A DNA stretch of 64,000 bases from contig OZ218778.1 in assembly GCA_965112635.1 (NCBI GenBank), positions 2,688,001 through 2,752,000 on the forward strand, read 5' to 3'. The translations under genes and the position numbers were made by a program. The first letter of the stretch is position 1, and the number at the start of each line of letters is the position of its first letter. This DNA comes from an uncultured bacterium (GTDB taxonomy: Bacteria; Oederibacteriota; Oederibacteriia; Oederibacteriales; Oederibacteriaceae). This document shows positions 19,085 through 28,986 of the stretch, piece by piece. Under the pieces are notes generated by a model, which worked only from the letters and a program-made list of their open reading frames with translations, was not told where the DNA came from and did not search any database.

Positions 19085-21240
19085 CTGACCAGGACCACCT
19101 TTTTGATGCTTTTCGAGTTGGTTTTATCCGTTAGGACGATGTAATAAAGACCTGAGGAAACGTAATCGCCGTCCTTGTTCTTGAAATACCAGTCGTAACT
19201 GAGCCCGCTGCCAGTCCCCGAGTCGGCGCTGAACACCTTTTCCCGGTTGACGTTGTAGATATCGATATGGATGCCGCCATTGAGGTTTTTTACGGAAACC
19301 TTGCTCACCCCCGGCTGGAAATCCGTGATGTAATTGGTGGTGATATAGACGCCGTTGACCGGAGCAGGCGGACCCGAAGGGCCGGAAGATGAACAGGAAA
19401 AGTTGTAGATGTCGGTATTGGAATCCACGATCCACGCATTGTTCAGGGACGTCGCGTAAATGGCGTAGATATTGTTGGCCGGCATCCCTGTGGCCAGGGA
19501 GGTCCAGCTGGCCCCGCCGTTCTGAGTAGCCAGAATGATTCCACCGAACCCCACGGCCCAGCCATTGGAATCGTCCACAAAGGCAATTCCTGTAAGGAGG
19601 TTTGTGGTCCCGCTGCTTTCATTTGACCAGATGGATCCGCCGCTCGCGGTGCTGCAAATGGTCCCGTTCGCTCCCACCGCCCAGCCGTGGCTGGCGTCCG
19701 CGAAAAAGACCGACGAAAGGCTGTTGATCGTGTTGCTCGCTTGGGGCGTCCAGGCGGATCCCGCGTTGAAGGTGGCCAGGATGGTCCCGTTGTCCCCCGC
19801 GATCCAGCCTGTGGTGGCGGAAATAAAGAATACGCTGTTGAGATTATTGCTCGTGCCGCTGGCCTGGGCCGACCAGACAGTCCCTCCGTTGGTCGAATTT
19901 AGGATCAACCCGCCTTTTCCCACCATCCAGCCCGTGCTGGGGCTGACAAAAGTGATGCCGATGAGACTGGCGTTCGGCGTGACGCTGACAGGCGTCCAGT
20001 CGACCCCGTCGTTGGTGAACAGGACGGAACCCTGCAGGGTCGACGCCCAGCCGTTGGTCGCGCTGATAAAAGAGACGCTGGAAAGGTCCTGGGTGGTGAC
20101 TTTCCTCTGGTAGGACCAGGTATTGCCCCCGTCCACCGTGGCCGCGATCCTGCCGAAGGTCCCCACGGCCCATCCGTCATTGGGATTGGCGAAGGTGATG
20201 GAGTAAAGAGGATGGGCGAGAAAGCCTCCATGGACCGTGGTCCAGGTGTTGCCGCCGTTGACCGTGAGGAGGATAGTGTCCGTGGTCCCCACGATCCAGC
20301 CTGTTGAGGCATTGGAGAAATAAACCCCCCTAAGAAAATAGGTATTGGTCAAAGTCACAGGTGTCCAAGTGGTTCCGCCGTTGGTCGTGGTGACCAGGAT
20401 GCCGTTCGCCCCTACGGCCCATCCATTGACAGGGCTCGTAAAATAAACTCCATAGAGAAAGTTAGCCGTATTGCTGGTCTGGGCGGTCCATGTGGCCCCG
20501 CCGTTGGCCGTCGTCAGGATGGTCCCTTTTCCACCCACTGCCCAGCCGGTCGTTGTATTGAAGAAAAAAACGCTGTTCAGGTCGTTGGCCGTATTGCTGG
20601 TCTGGGCCGTCCAGGTCGCCCCGCTGTTGGTGGTGGCCAGGATGACCCCCCCGGCGCCCACCACCCACCCGGTCGTGGTCGTGTTGGCAAAGGAAACTCC
20701 GTAAAGGATGTTGGTCAGGCCGCTGGCTTGGGCCGTCCAGGTCGCCCCGCTGTCGGTGGTGGCCAGGATCGTCCCTCCGTCCCCCACCGCCCAGCCGGTC
20801 AAAGTCGTGCTGGCAAAGGTGACGCCGTTCAGGTTATTGCTCGTCCCGCTGGTTTGGGCTGACCAGGATAACCCGCCGTTGGTCGTCCCAAGGATGGTCC
20901 CGACATTACCCACGACCCAGCCCGTCAGGGTGGTACTGGTAAAGCATACGGACCTCAAAAAAGCGTTGGTTCCGGAGGATTGGGGGTTCCAGGTATTTCC
21001 CCCGTCGGTGGTCTGGAGGATGGTCCCGGATTCGCCTCCGGCGATCCATCCGGTAAGGGTATTACCGATGGGAAAAGAAACACTGTTCATGTAATCAAGG
21101 AACCCGCTCAGCTTGGAGGTCCATGTACCGACGGTGCAGTTCTGGCCAAAGGCCGGATTCGCATGGAAGACGGCTATAAATATGGATAAGAGAACAAAAT
21201 ATTTTGATAGGCGGGTTTTGATCTTAAGGTCTTCGGCCAT
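19081..21240 (-). CDS. YCF48/BNR-repeat beta-propeller secreted protein with T9SS-like C-terminal domain
   Basis: About 14 GWxVGxxGxILxTxxGGxTW repeats; C-terminus IDIYNVNREKV...SSGLYYIV...KKVVLVR; overlaps the PorV-like gene; start ATG 21240. Confidence 0.87.
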   Translation of the reverse strand: MAEDLKIKTRLSKYFVLLSIFIAVFHANPAFGQNCTVGTWTSKLSGFLDYMNSVSFPIGNTLTGWIAGGESGTILQTTDGGNTWNPQSSGTNAFLRSVCFTSTTLTGWVVGNVGTILGTTNGGLSWSAQTSGTSNNLNGVTFASTTLTGWAVGDGGTILATTDSGATWTAQASGLTNILYGVSFANTTTTGWVVGAGGVILATTNSGATWTAQTSNTANDLNSVFFFNTTTGWAVGGKGTILTTANGGATWTAQTSNTANFLYGVYFTSPVNGWAVGANGILVTTTNGGTTWTPVTLTNTYFLRGVYFSNASTGWIVGTTDTILLTVNGGNTWTTVHGGFLAHPLYSITFANPNDGWAVGTFGRIAATVDGGNTWSYQRKVTTQDLSSVSFISATNGWASTLQGSVLFTNDGVDWTPVSVTPNASLIGITFVSPSTGWMVGKGGLILNSTNGGTVWSAQASGTSNNLNSVFFISATTGWIAGDNGTILATFNAGSAWTPQASNTINSLSSVFFADASHGWAVGANGTICSTASGGSIWSNESSGTTNLLTGIAFVDDSNGWAVGFGGIILATQNGGASWTSLATGMPANNIYAIYATSLNNAWIVDSNTDIYNFSCSSSGPSGPPAPVNGVYITTNYITDFQPGVSKVSVKNLNGGIHIDIYNVNREKVFSADSGTGSGLSYDWYFKNKDGDYVSSGLYYIVLTDKTNSKSIKKVVLVR

Positions 21241-21407
21241 TGCGGACTCCTGAGCTAAAAAGTCATGGATGGTTTTAATTCTATCTGAAGACAAGGTTCT
21301 TTCCCAATAAAATTTGTGTCATCAAATAGTGCCATCCAGCCACGGGTCATGGTTTCAATTGTCAGCGCTTGTCTGCCAGACTACCGTCAGCTTTTCGAGG
21401 ATGTTGG

Positions 21408-22895
21408 TCAATGGATCACCGTAAACTTCTTTGGCCCGATCTTGGTGGAGCCCTGCGACCCGTAATCCAGCCTGATAATATACAGGTAAACCCCTGTCGC
21501 CAAACCCTTGGTGTCAATGACCTGGGCCTGAGGACCGGAGGCCAAATTTTCTTCCTCCACGGTTTCCACCAGCTGCGCCGCGTCGTTATACACCCGTATC
21601 TTAACGCTCCCAGGATATGACATGAAATACACGATCGTGGCCGTGTCTCCCGTGGCCGGCGACGGGAAAATATAGGTCGTGCCCGCGGCGGGCGGCGTGG
21701 TGATGAAAGTCGGGGTAGCCGTAAAGGTGCTCGAAGGAGTGACCGACAGTGACGGGGTGACGGTTGGGACTGGAGTCGTTGTCTGGGTGAGGGTATTGGT
21801 GCTGGTCACAGTGGATGTAGGCACGGGAGTGTAGGTCACAGACCAAGTAGCCGTGTTTGTCGGCGAAGAGGTAATGGTATTGGTCGCTGTGCCTGTCCGG
21901 GTGGCTGTCACGGTGCTGGTTATGGTTATGGTAAGAGTGACCGTGTTCGTGAAAACTGCCGTGGAACTGGCCGTGGCCGTTGCCGTGGCAGTACTGGTAT
22001 TCCCGGCCGTGACAGTCGGCGAAGCAGTTGCTGTCGCTGATGGGGTTCCGGTCGCCGTTCCAGTGCTAGTGGCGGTGGCTGTGCCCGTACATGTCGATGA
22101 CGCCGTTCCGGTAGCTGTCTGCGTGGCCGTGGCTGAGCTCGTAGCAGTAGCTGTCGCCGTCGCTGTAGATGTCGGGGTTGCGGTCTCCGTGGATGTCAGG
22201 GTAGACGTGGGCGTGCAAGAAGGGCCATTTAAAGCAAGGTCATTCATGAGTATTGTCGAACCGGCCGTATCGTTTTCGATGTCAACCATGTATATACAGC
22301 TCAAGTCACTGCAGGTAAGGACGCCGCTCTGGAATCCGTCGTATCCGGTGGGATTGGCCAGGTATATTAACGGGACGGTTACTTGCGTCCAGGAAGTTGG
22401 CGCGGTAAGCAAATTGCTGGGGCTGCTGGAATAAGCAATGTTACCAGAGTCGTCCCTTAGGCCGATACGGTATTGCACAATAGGCATGGCAGCGGTAGTG
22501 ATCGACATCATGTAAAAAGACACGGACGAATAGCAGGCCCAATTCTGGTCATGATCGCCGATATCATAAACTTTGATCTCCGCGACAGTACCGGTATTGG
22601 TGACCCCTTCGGTTATTTGCAAAGAATAACAGCAATCATAATAGGCAGTGGAAGTTTTGGTAACAAGCATGGCGTTCCAACCCGGCTCGTAAAAGTAGCC
22701 GGCCGAGTCGCTATTTAAGGTCTGCCCACACATACAATCAATGATCGTATATTGCGCCCAGCCAACCGAGGGAAACATCAGAAAACATAGGAACAGAAAG
22801 AGGCAGGCCATACCCGTTAGGCTAAAGTTGAATTTCCAACCCGACCCATACTGCTCAACTTTTATCTTTCTCACCAGCATATCCTCAGTTCCCAT
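21408..22895 (-). CDS. Secreted protein: CBM11/CIA30-like beta-sandwich, Thr-rich linker, T9SS-type CTD
   Basis: Signal peptide; WTQVTVPL; (TxT)n linker; YIFPSP...IRVYN...GVYLYII...KKFTVIH. Confidence 0.8.
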   Translation of the reverse strand: MGTEDMLVRKIKVEQYGSGWKFNFSLTGMACLFLFLCFLMFPSVGWAQYTIIDCMCGQTLNSDSAGYFYEPGWNAMLVTKTSTAYYDCCYSLQITEGVTNTGTVAEIKVYDIGDHDQNWACYSSVSFYMMSITTAAMPIVQYRIGLRDDSGNIAYSSSPSNLLTAPTSWTQVTVPLIYLANPTGYDGFQSGVLTCSDLSCIYMVDIENDTAGSTILMNDLALNGPSCTPTSTLTSTETATPTSTATATATATSSATATQTATGTASSTCTGTATATSTGTATGTPSATATASPTVTAGNTSTATATATASSTAVFTNTVTLTITITSTVTATRTGTATNTITSSPTNTATWSVTYTPVPTSTVTSTNTLTQTTTPVPTVTPSLSVTPSSTFTATPTFITTPPAAGTTYIFPSPATGDTATIVYFMSYPGSVKIRVYNDAAQLVETVEEENLASGPQAQVIDTKGLATGVYLYIIRLDYGSQGSTKIGPKKFTVIH

Positions 22896-23256
22896 TTAGT
22901 AAATTTCAAACGAGTTAATTCCAAAACAAACCATCTTTTGTATCTTCGGGATAATTCTATACCTGTTTTGGCTGATTTATTAAGGATTTTGAGGATATTA
23001 ATGGGGTATTGTTTATGTAAGTAAAACCAATGGTTTTTACCGCGTTTTGTTTACCAGGACACGCCTTGAAGATCATGGACCAGACCGGCTTCGCTCGCCT
23101 CTCGGCGAAGCCGAGGGCAGTCTAAGCGAGCCAACCGCCCGTGAGGAACCCACTGGATTGATGAAACAGGGATGCCTCCAAAAAATCTCGTTTTTTAGGG
23201 GATATTCAGGTCCTTCCCCTGCCTACCGGTCAAATATTTCTTCGTGGATTTCCACT

Positions 23257-23393
23257 GGGGGATTGAATCCCCTCGTGGGGGGATTGCGGGGGGATTAATC
23301 GGGGGATTCCGGGGGGATTGTTTGATGTATATATAGTAATAACTAAATACTGCTCTCTTAGACGGGGGGATTTAATCCCCTCATGGGGGGATT
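23257..23393. repeat. Array of seven GGGGGATT units, including two near-identical 29-bp hairpin-containing repeats
   Basis: Units at 23257, 23278, 23289, 23301, 23312, 23365, 23386. Confidence 0.85.
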
Positions 23394-23421
23394 ACCTGGG
23401 GCATTCCTTAGATACACCAAA

Positions 23422-25218
23422 TCAATGCAGCACTATGAACTTCTTGGGACCGATTTTAGTGGAACCCTGCGAACCATAATCCAGCTTGATAATATACAGG
23501 TAAACCCCTGATGCCAAGTCTTTGATATCAATGGCGCTGACCTGCGGCCCTGCCTGCGTATTCCCCTCCACGGTCTCCACCAGCTCCGCCGCATCGTTAT
23601 ATACCCGTATCTTGAAACTCCCCGGGCTGGACATGTAATAAACGATGTTCGCGGTGTTCCCGGTGGCCGGTGAGGGATAAATAAAGGATGTCCCCGGTGC
23701 AGGCGGGGTGGTGAAAAAGGTCGGGGTATTCGTAAAAGTCAGAGAAGGGGTAAAAGTATCGCTGGGGGTCAGAGTTTGGGAAGGCGTCCGGGTCTGAGTG
23801 GGAGTACCCGAATCTGTCAAGGTCTGCGTGACGGTATAGGTCGGAGAAGCCGTACCCGTCAGAGTGATGGTCGCGGTTTGTGTTTTGGTTGGGGTCTGGG
23901 TAACCGTGTTTGAGGCTGTGCCGGTCGCGCTGGCTGTCAGGGTCTGGGTCGCTGTCCCGGAAACAGTAGAGGTGGATGAAATGGTCCAGGTACAGGTCAC
24001 TGTGGCCGTATTGGAAGCAGTACTAGTCATCCCCGGAGTGGCAGTCTGGGTAGCTGTAGGAGTGGGGGTACCGGCTAAGCAAGCGGGAGTTTGTATAGTC
24101 CCGCTGGTGCGGTACAAGCCGTTGTTGGCAAGCGTGTAAAGATACCCATCACAGGAATTGATCGCCAAACTGCGGGGCGCTGATAAACCTACCACTCCAG
24201 TATCCCATGCGTTCCAGGTAGTTCCATTGTCCGTTGATCTTATAATATGGTTGGTCATCCCGGTGTCTCCGGCTAACTGGGCTTGGATGCTGACATACAG
24301 GATGCCATTACTGTCGGTTACCATATCATGGCGCAGATCTGGCAACGTGCTGCAACCAGTACCTATCGGTATTGGACTCCCCCAGTTGTCCCCATGGTCC
24401 GTGGATTTATGGAAGGCATAACCCAGCTCATAGGTGTTCCCCAATGAGTCATAACCAAATCCAGAAGTATTGCCAGAGGCCCCGGGCCAGGCATTGCAAC
24501 CAGAGGCGGTATAATTCGCTGCAGTTTGGGTAAAGGTCAAACCATTGTCCGTGGACCGCCATATAGAACGTAGAGGATCACTGCTGGTGTCATAGTTGGG
24601 ACCTGTTTCATGTCCGGCCCATACTTCCCCGGTGACCCGGTTGACATCCACATACCCCCATCCCGAAGAACCGTGGGGCGGCGGTCCAGCCACGATACCG
24701 GGCTGGGTAGATTGAAAGCAGGTACTGCCTCCATCCGTGCTGACCCAGACCGTCCCATCAAAATGCCCAACAAAAAGAGCATTGCCATTAGGAGCCACGG
24801 TTATTGACCAAGTAGAGGTATTACTATAATCCGTATGTCCGGCTATCATGCTCCAGCTGACCCCAAAATTTTTTGAAACATAATAGTTAGTAGTACAGGG
24901 TGAGGTCAGCCAGGTCCCCACATAAATATAGTGATTGTTGCTGTCCACTGCCAAAGCAGATAACCATTCCGCACGCCCCATGCAGTCGGTGGGCAGGCTG
25001 CTGTTAATTTTTGTCCAGGAGGCGGCTGAATCTTTGGATAGCCACAGGTCCCCGCCCGCCACTAAGGTGTAAATATACCCATTGCTCTGGTCTATCACTA
25101 TGTCATTGGGAGTCGCGCCAGGGGCAGTAACATTTATAAACGGCAACTGGGCGTGAACTAGGGGAATTATAATGAAAGATAGAACCAGCCAGGAGCCAAC
25201 CTGCAGAATCCTCCTCAT
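23422..25218 (-). CDS. Secreted BNR/Asp-box beta-propeller protein, Thr-rich linker, T9SS-type CTD
   Basis: Repeated SxDxGxxW Asp-boxes; FIYPSP...IRVYN...GVYLYII...KKFIVLH; start ATG 25218. Confidence 0.82.
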   Translation of the reverse strand: MRRILQVGSWLVLSFIIIPLVHAQLPFINVTAPGATPNDIVIDQSNGYIYTLVAGGDLWLSKDSAASWTKINSSLPTDCMGRAEWLSALAVDSNNHYIYVGTWLTSPCTTNYYVSKNFGVSWSMIAGHTDYSNTSTWSITVAPNGNALFVGHFDGTVWVSTDGGSTCFQSTQPGIVAGPPPHGSSGWGYVDVNRVTGEVWAGHETGPNYDTSSDPLRSIWRSTDNGLTFTQTAANYTASGCNAWPGASGNTSGFGYDSLGNTYELGYAFHKSTDHGDNWGSPIPIGTGCSTLPDLRHDMVTDSNGILYVSIQAQLAGDTGMTNHIIRSTDNGTTWNAWDTGVVGLSAPRSLAINSCDGYLYTLANNGLYRTSGTIQTPACLAGTPTPTATQTATPGMTSTASNTATVTCTWTISSTSTVSGTATQTLTASATGTASNTVTQTPTKTQTATITLTGTASPTYTVTQTLTDSGTPTQTRTPSQTLTPSDTFTPSLTFTNTPTFFTTPPAPGTSFIYPSPATGNTANIVYYMSSPGSFKIRVYNDAAELVETVEGNTQAGPQVSAIDIKDLASGVYLYIIKLDYGSQGSTKIGPKKFIVLH

Positions 25219-25387
25219 CCCGCTTTCCTCCCTACTACCTATATTAAACCACGAACCAATAATTTGCCTCATTTAGGACACGCCTGAACTGCAATGTTGG
25301 CCACAATACTTTCAAATACACCTGACTAACCTTCCCATTTTTTGTTACAATTCCTGCATATTATCTAATTGAGAAAGAGGATGACCA

Positions 25388-26473
25388 ATGAGCAGTTCAG
25401 AAACAATGGATTACGGAACATTTGAAGCGACCGTAGAGCGCAGCGCCAAGCTGGAGCTGGAACTCCAAAAGACCCCGGCCAAGTTCCGCGTCCTGACCGG
25501 CGACCGCCCTACGGGCAGCCTGCATGTGGGCCATCTTTTCGGCTCTTTGCACAACCGGGTGCGCCTGCAAAACATGGGCGTCCCCATCTTTATCGTCATC
25601 GCGGACTACCAGGTGCTGACGGACCGGGATACTTTTGAAAGCATCTCCGAAAATGTTAAACAACTGACCCTGGACTATTTGGCCGCCGGTATCGACCCCG
25701 AGAACGGCCGCACTTTTATCTTTCCCCACAGCCATGTGCCGGAACTCAACCAGCTCATCGTCCCCTTCCTCACCCTGGTGACCAACGCCGAGCTGGACCG
25801 CAATCCCACGGTCAAGGAAGAGATACTCGCCGCCGGCCAGAAAAAAATCAACGCGGGCATGTACACCTATCCCGTGCACCAGGCCGCGGACATCCTGTTC
25901 TGCAAGGGTAATGTCGTACCGGTCGGCAAGGACCAGCTCCCCCACTTGGAACTGACCCGGGTCATTGCCCGCCGGTTCAACGAGCGGTTCTCTCCCCAAG
26001 CTCCGGTGTTTCCTGAACCCCAGGCCCTGCTGAGCAAAGCCACCATGATATTGGGTCTGGACGGCTCTCAGAAGATGAGCAAAAGCAGGAACAACGCCAT
26101 CATGCTCAGCGCTACTGAGGACGAGACCGCCAAGCTCATCAAATCCGCCAAGACCGACACGGACCGTAACATCACTTATGACCCGGCCAATCGGCCGGAA
26201 GTAGCCAACCTGCTCCTGCTCATCTCCCTGTGCACCGGCAAAACCCCGACCGAAATCGCCGCAGGCATTGGCGATGGCGGCGCCGGCAAACTCAAAGCGC
26301 TTTTGACCGAAACCCTCAACACCTATCTCCAACCTCTCAGAGCCAAACGAGCGGAACTGGCTAAAAATCCGGACTATGTCCAACGGGTTTTGCGTCAAGG
26401 CGTCCAAAAAGCCCGGGAAATCGGCCAGCAGACTTTGGAACAGGTCCGCCAGGCCATGCATATGGAACTATAA
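25388..26473 (+). CDS. trpS: Tryptophan--tRNA ligase
   Basis: LTGDRPTGSLHVGH (HIGH), YPVHQAADIL, VPVGKDQLPH, KMSKS. Confidence 0.96.
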   Translation: MSSSETMDYGTFEATVERSAKLELELQKTPAKFRVLTGDRPTGSLHVGHLFGSLHNRVRLQNMGVPIFIVIADYQVLTDRDTFESISENVKQLTLDYLAAGIDPENGRTFIFPHSHVPELNQLIVPFLTLVTNAELDRNPTVKEEILAAGQKKINAGMYTYPVHQAADILFCKGNVVPVGKDQLPHLELTRVIARRFNERFSPQAPVFPEPQALLSKATMILGLDGSQKMSKSRNNAIMLSATEDETAKLIKSAKTDTDRNITYDPANRPEVANLLLLISLCTGKTPTEIAAGIGDGGAGKLKALLTETLNTYLQPLRAKRAELAKNPDYVQRVLRQGVQKAREIGQQTLEQVRQAMHMEL

Positions 26474-26475
26474 AT

Positions 26476-28932
26476 ATGAAGCAGAAGGTCGAGCGTTACC
26501 TTATCTCCGACGACCCTTATTTCCGGCCCAAGGATGTCCAAAGCGTGGGATGTTTTTCGCAGGGAGCCTGGCCCTGCCGCTGGATAACCTGCCCGGACGC
26601 GGGAAAACCCCCTTTTGTCACGGCTTTTCGCAGGAAATTCAGCCTTAAACGCAAGGCTACCCTGCATGTCCATGTGACCGCCGATGAACGCTACGAACTT
26701 TTCCTAGACGGCCAGAGAGTCGGCCAAGGCAGCGAGCGCGGGGACAAGGACAACTGGTTCTACGAGTCCTACCGCATGAACTTGACCCCCGGCGCCCATG
26801 TGCTGGTGGCCCGCGTCTGGTCTTTGGGCCCCTATTCTCCCCTGGCCCAGATGACCGTGTCCCCGGGCTTTCTTTTTTCGCCTGAAGGCAAGCAGTTCAT
26901 CCAGCTCCTGGGGACCGGAGTAGCGCCTTGGGAAACCAAAAAGCTGGAAGGGTATGGCTTCATTACCCAGGATGAGATCCTGGGCACCGGCGCGGATTGC
27001 GCCATTTATGGCAATGCTTTCCCCTGGGGCTTTGAAAAAGGACTGGGTTCTGGCTGGAAACCCGCTCAGGCTTCCCTTGCGGGCCAGAACAGTTTTGTCC
27101 GGAACAATGTTTCGCCAACCCATCATTTTTTAAGGCCTGCCCTTCTGCCGCCTATGCTGGAGACCATCCAACATTTGGGCCGGGTGCGTTTCTGCAGTGC
27201 GGTCAAAAGCATCAAAACAGACTTTGTCCCTGTAAGGCAAAGCGAGAATAACCCCGTCCAAAGCGCTGCCTGGGACCGGATGGTCCAAGGAGATGGCTCC
27301 GTGAAGGTGCCTCCCCACAGCCGGCTGCGCGTCATCCTGGACCTGGAAAATTATTACTGCGCCTATCCCGCTCTCGTGGTCTCCAGGGGCAAGGCCAGCC
27401 TGGTGCGGGTCCATTGGGCGGAAAGCCTTTACAACATCTTGCACGACGAAAGCAAGATGAACAACGATGTTCCCTGGTGGGAAAAACAGGGGGTGTTCAA
27501 CATCCCCAAAGGGAACCGGGACGAGATAGAGGGTAAATTCTTTTACGGCGTGGGCGACGTGTTTTACCCGGACGGAGGGAAGCGCCGGACTTTTACCCCA
27601 CTCTGGTGGCAGGCGGGCCGCTATATTGAGTTCGTGGTCGAGACCAAGACCGAAAGCCTGGTCATCGAGTCGTTCAGCCTGCGGGAAACGCGCTATCCCC
27701 TGGAAATGGAAAGTTCTTTCCAGTCCAGCGACCCCCGTTTAGCGAGAGTGACGCCCCTGATGCTCCGGGCCCTGCAGATGTGCTCCCACGAAACCTATAT
27801 GGATTGCCCTTACTACGAACAGCTCATGTATATCGGCGATACCCGGCTCCAAGCTTTGACCACCTATTTGATCAGCCCGGACCACCGCCTCCCCAAAAAA
27901 GCCATCCAGATGTTCGAAGCTGGGCGCCTGAGCTCCGGCATCACCCTGTGCAGTTACCCTAATCGGGGCACCGGCATCATCCCCGGCTTTTCGCTGTGGT
28001 GGGTGGCTATGGTCTATGACTACGCCCTGTGGCAGGACGATTTTAAAACTGTAAAAAACCTGCTGCCCGGCACTCGGGCTGTCCTGGACTGCTACCGCGG
28101 CTATCTCAACAAAGACGGCCTGGTCCAGGCTGCCAGGGGTTGGAACTTCATGGACTGGGTGCCGGAATGGGCGCCCATCGGCATGTCGCCGGACTCGGAC
28201 CTGGGCATAAACGGCCTGGTCAACTGGCAATTCGTCCTGGTCCTGGCCCAGCAGGCCCAGCTCGAAGAATGGGCCGGTGAAACCGAGCTGGCCAGCAGGG
28301 GCCGCCAGCAGGCCAGAGTTTTGGCTGACCGGCTGAAAAAGGTTTTTTGGGATCCTAAACGGGGTCTGATGAGCGACGATGTCCATCATAAACACTTTTC
28401 TGAGCATACCCAGTGCCTGGCCCTGCTAAGCGGGCTGCTGGACAAGGAAACAGAGAAAAAAATCGACCAAGGATTGCTGAACGACAAGGGCCTGTGCCGC
28501 ACCACTATTTATTTCAGCCACTACCTTTTTGAGGCCCTCAGAATTTTGGGGCGCATCGACATCCTGCTCCAGAGGATGGAGTTGTGGTTCGGCCTGCAGA
28601 GACAGGGTTTTAAGACCACCGTGGAAACCCCCGAACCTTCCCGTTCTGACTGCCACGGCTGGGGAGCCCACCCTCTGTACCATTACTTTGCCACCATCCT
28701 GGGTATCCGTCCCGGTTCGCTTGGATTTAAAACAGTGACCATAGCCCCTCAGCTCGGTTCACTCTCCTGGGCCAAGGGAACCATGGCCCACCCCAAAGGG
28801 TTTATCGAAGCGGATCTTAGGCTGGAAAATGGACGCCTGAAAGGGCGCATTATCCTGCCCAAAGGGTTGAACGGAACTTTCGCCTACAAGGGACGCACCT
28901 CCAAGCTCAAACCGGGAAAAAATAATATTTAA
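26476..28932 (+). CDS. Alpha-L-rhamnosidase-like glycoside hydrolase (GH78)
   Basis: VTADERYELFLDG, YMDCPYYEQLMYIGDTRLQ, RSDCHGWGAHP; no signal peptide. Confidence 0.88.
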   Translation: MKQKVERYLISDDPYFRPKDVQSVGCFSQGAWPCRWITCPDAGKPPFVTAFRRKFSLKRKATLHVHVTADERYELFLDGQRVGQGSERGDKDNWFYESYRMNLTPGAHVLVARVWSLGPYSPLAQMTVSPGFLFSPEGKQFIQLLGTGVAPWETKKLEGYGFITQDEILGTGADCAIYGNAFPWGFEKGLGSGWKPAQASLAGQNSFVRNNVSPTHHFLRPALLPPMLETIQHLGRVRFCSAVKSIKTDFVPVRQSENNPVQSAAWDRMVQGDGSVKVPPHSRLRVILDLENYYCAYPALVVSRGKASLVRVHWAESLYNILHDESKMNNDVPWWEKQGVFNIPKGNRDEIEGKFFYGVGDVFYPDGGKRRTFTPLWWQAGRYIEFVVETKTESLVIESFSLRETRYPLEMESSFQSSDPRLARVTPLMLRALQMCSHETYMDCPYYEQLMYIGDTRLQALTTYLISPDHRLPKKAIQMFEAGRLSSGITLCSYPNRGTGIIPGFSLWWVAMVYDYALWQDDFKTVKNLLPGTRAVLDCYRGYLNKDGLVQAARGWNFMDWVPEWAPIGMSPDSDLGINGLVNWQFVLVLAQQAQLEEWAGETELASRGRQQARVLADRLKKVFWDPKRGLMSDDVHHKHFSEHTQCLALLSGLLDKETEKKIDQGLLNDKGLCRTTIYFSHYLFEALRILGRIDILLQRMELWFGLQRQGFKTTVETPEPSRSDCHGWGAHPLYHYFATILGIRPGSLGFKTVTIAPQLGSLSWAKGTMAHPKGFIEADLRLENGRLKGRIILPKGLNGTFAYKGRTSKLKPGKNNI

Positions 28933-28986
28933 GAAAGTAACGCTTACCTCAAAGCGGTCCAGGACATGTTTCATTAAAGGCGGGCT

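Noticed and set aside
9025-25218. Diversity-generating retroelement acting on the repeated C-terminal domains
   Set aside because: No reverse transcriptase; differences between copies are not adenine-specific
25397-26461. 354-aa antisense ORF over trpS, and similar antisense ORFs such as 501-1310, 7440-8534 and 40624-41556
   Set aside because: Shadows of well-supported genes caused by codon bias; no motifs or RBS
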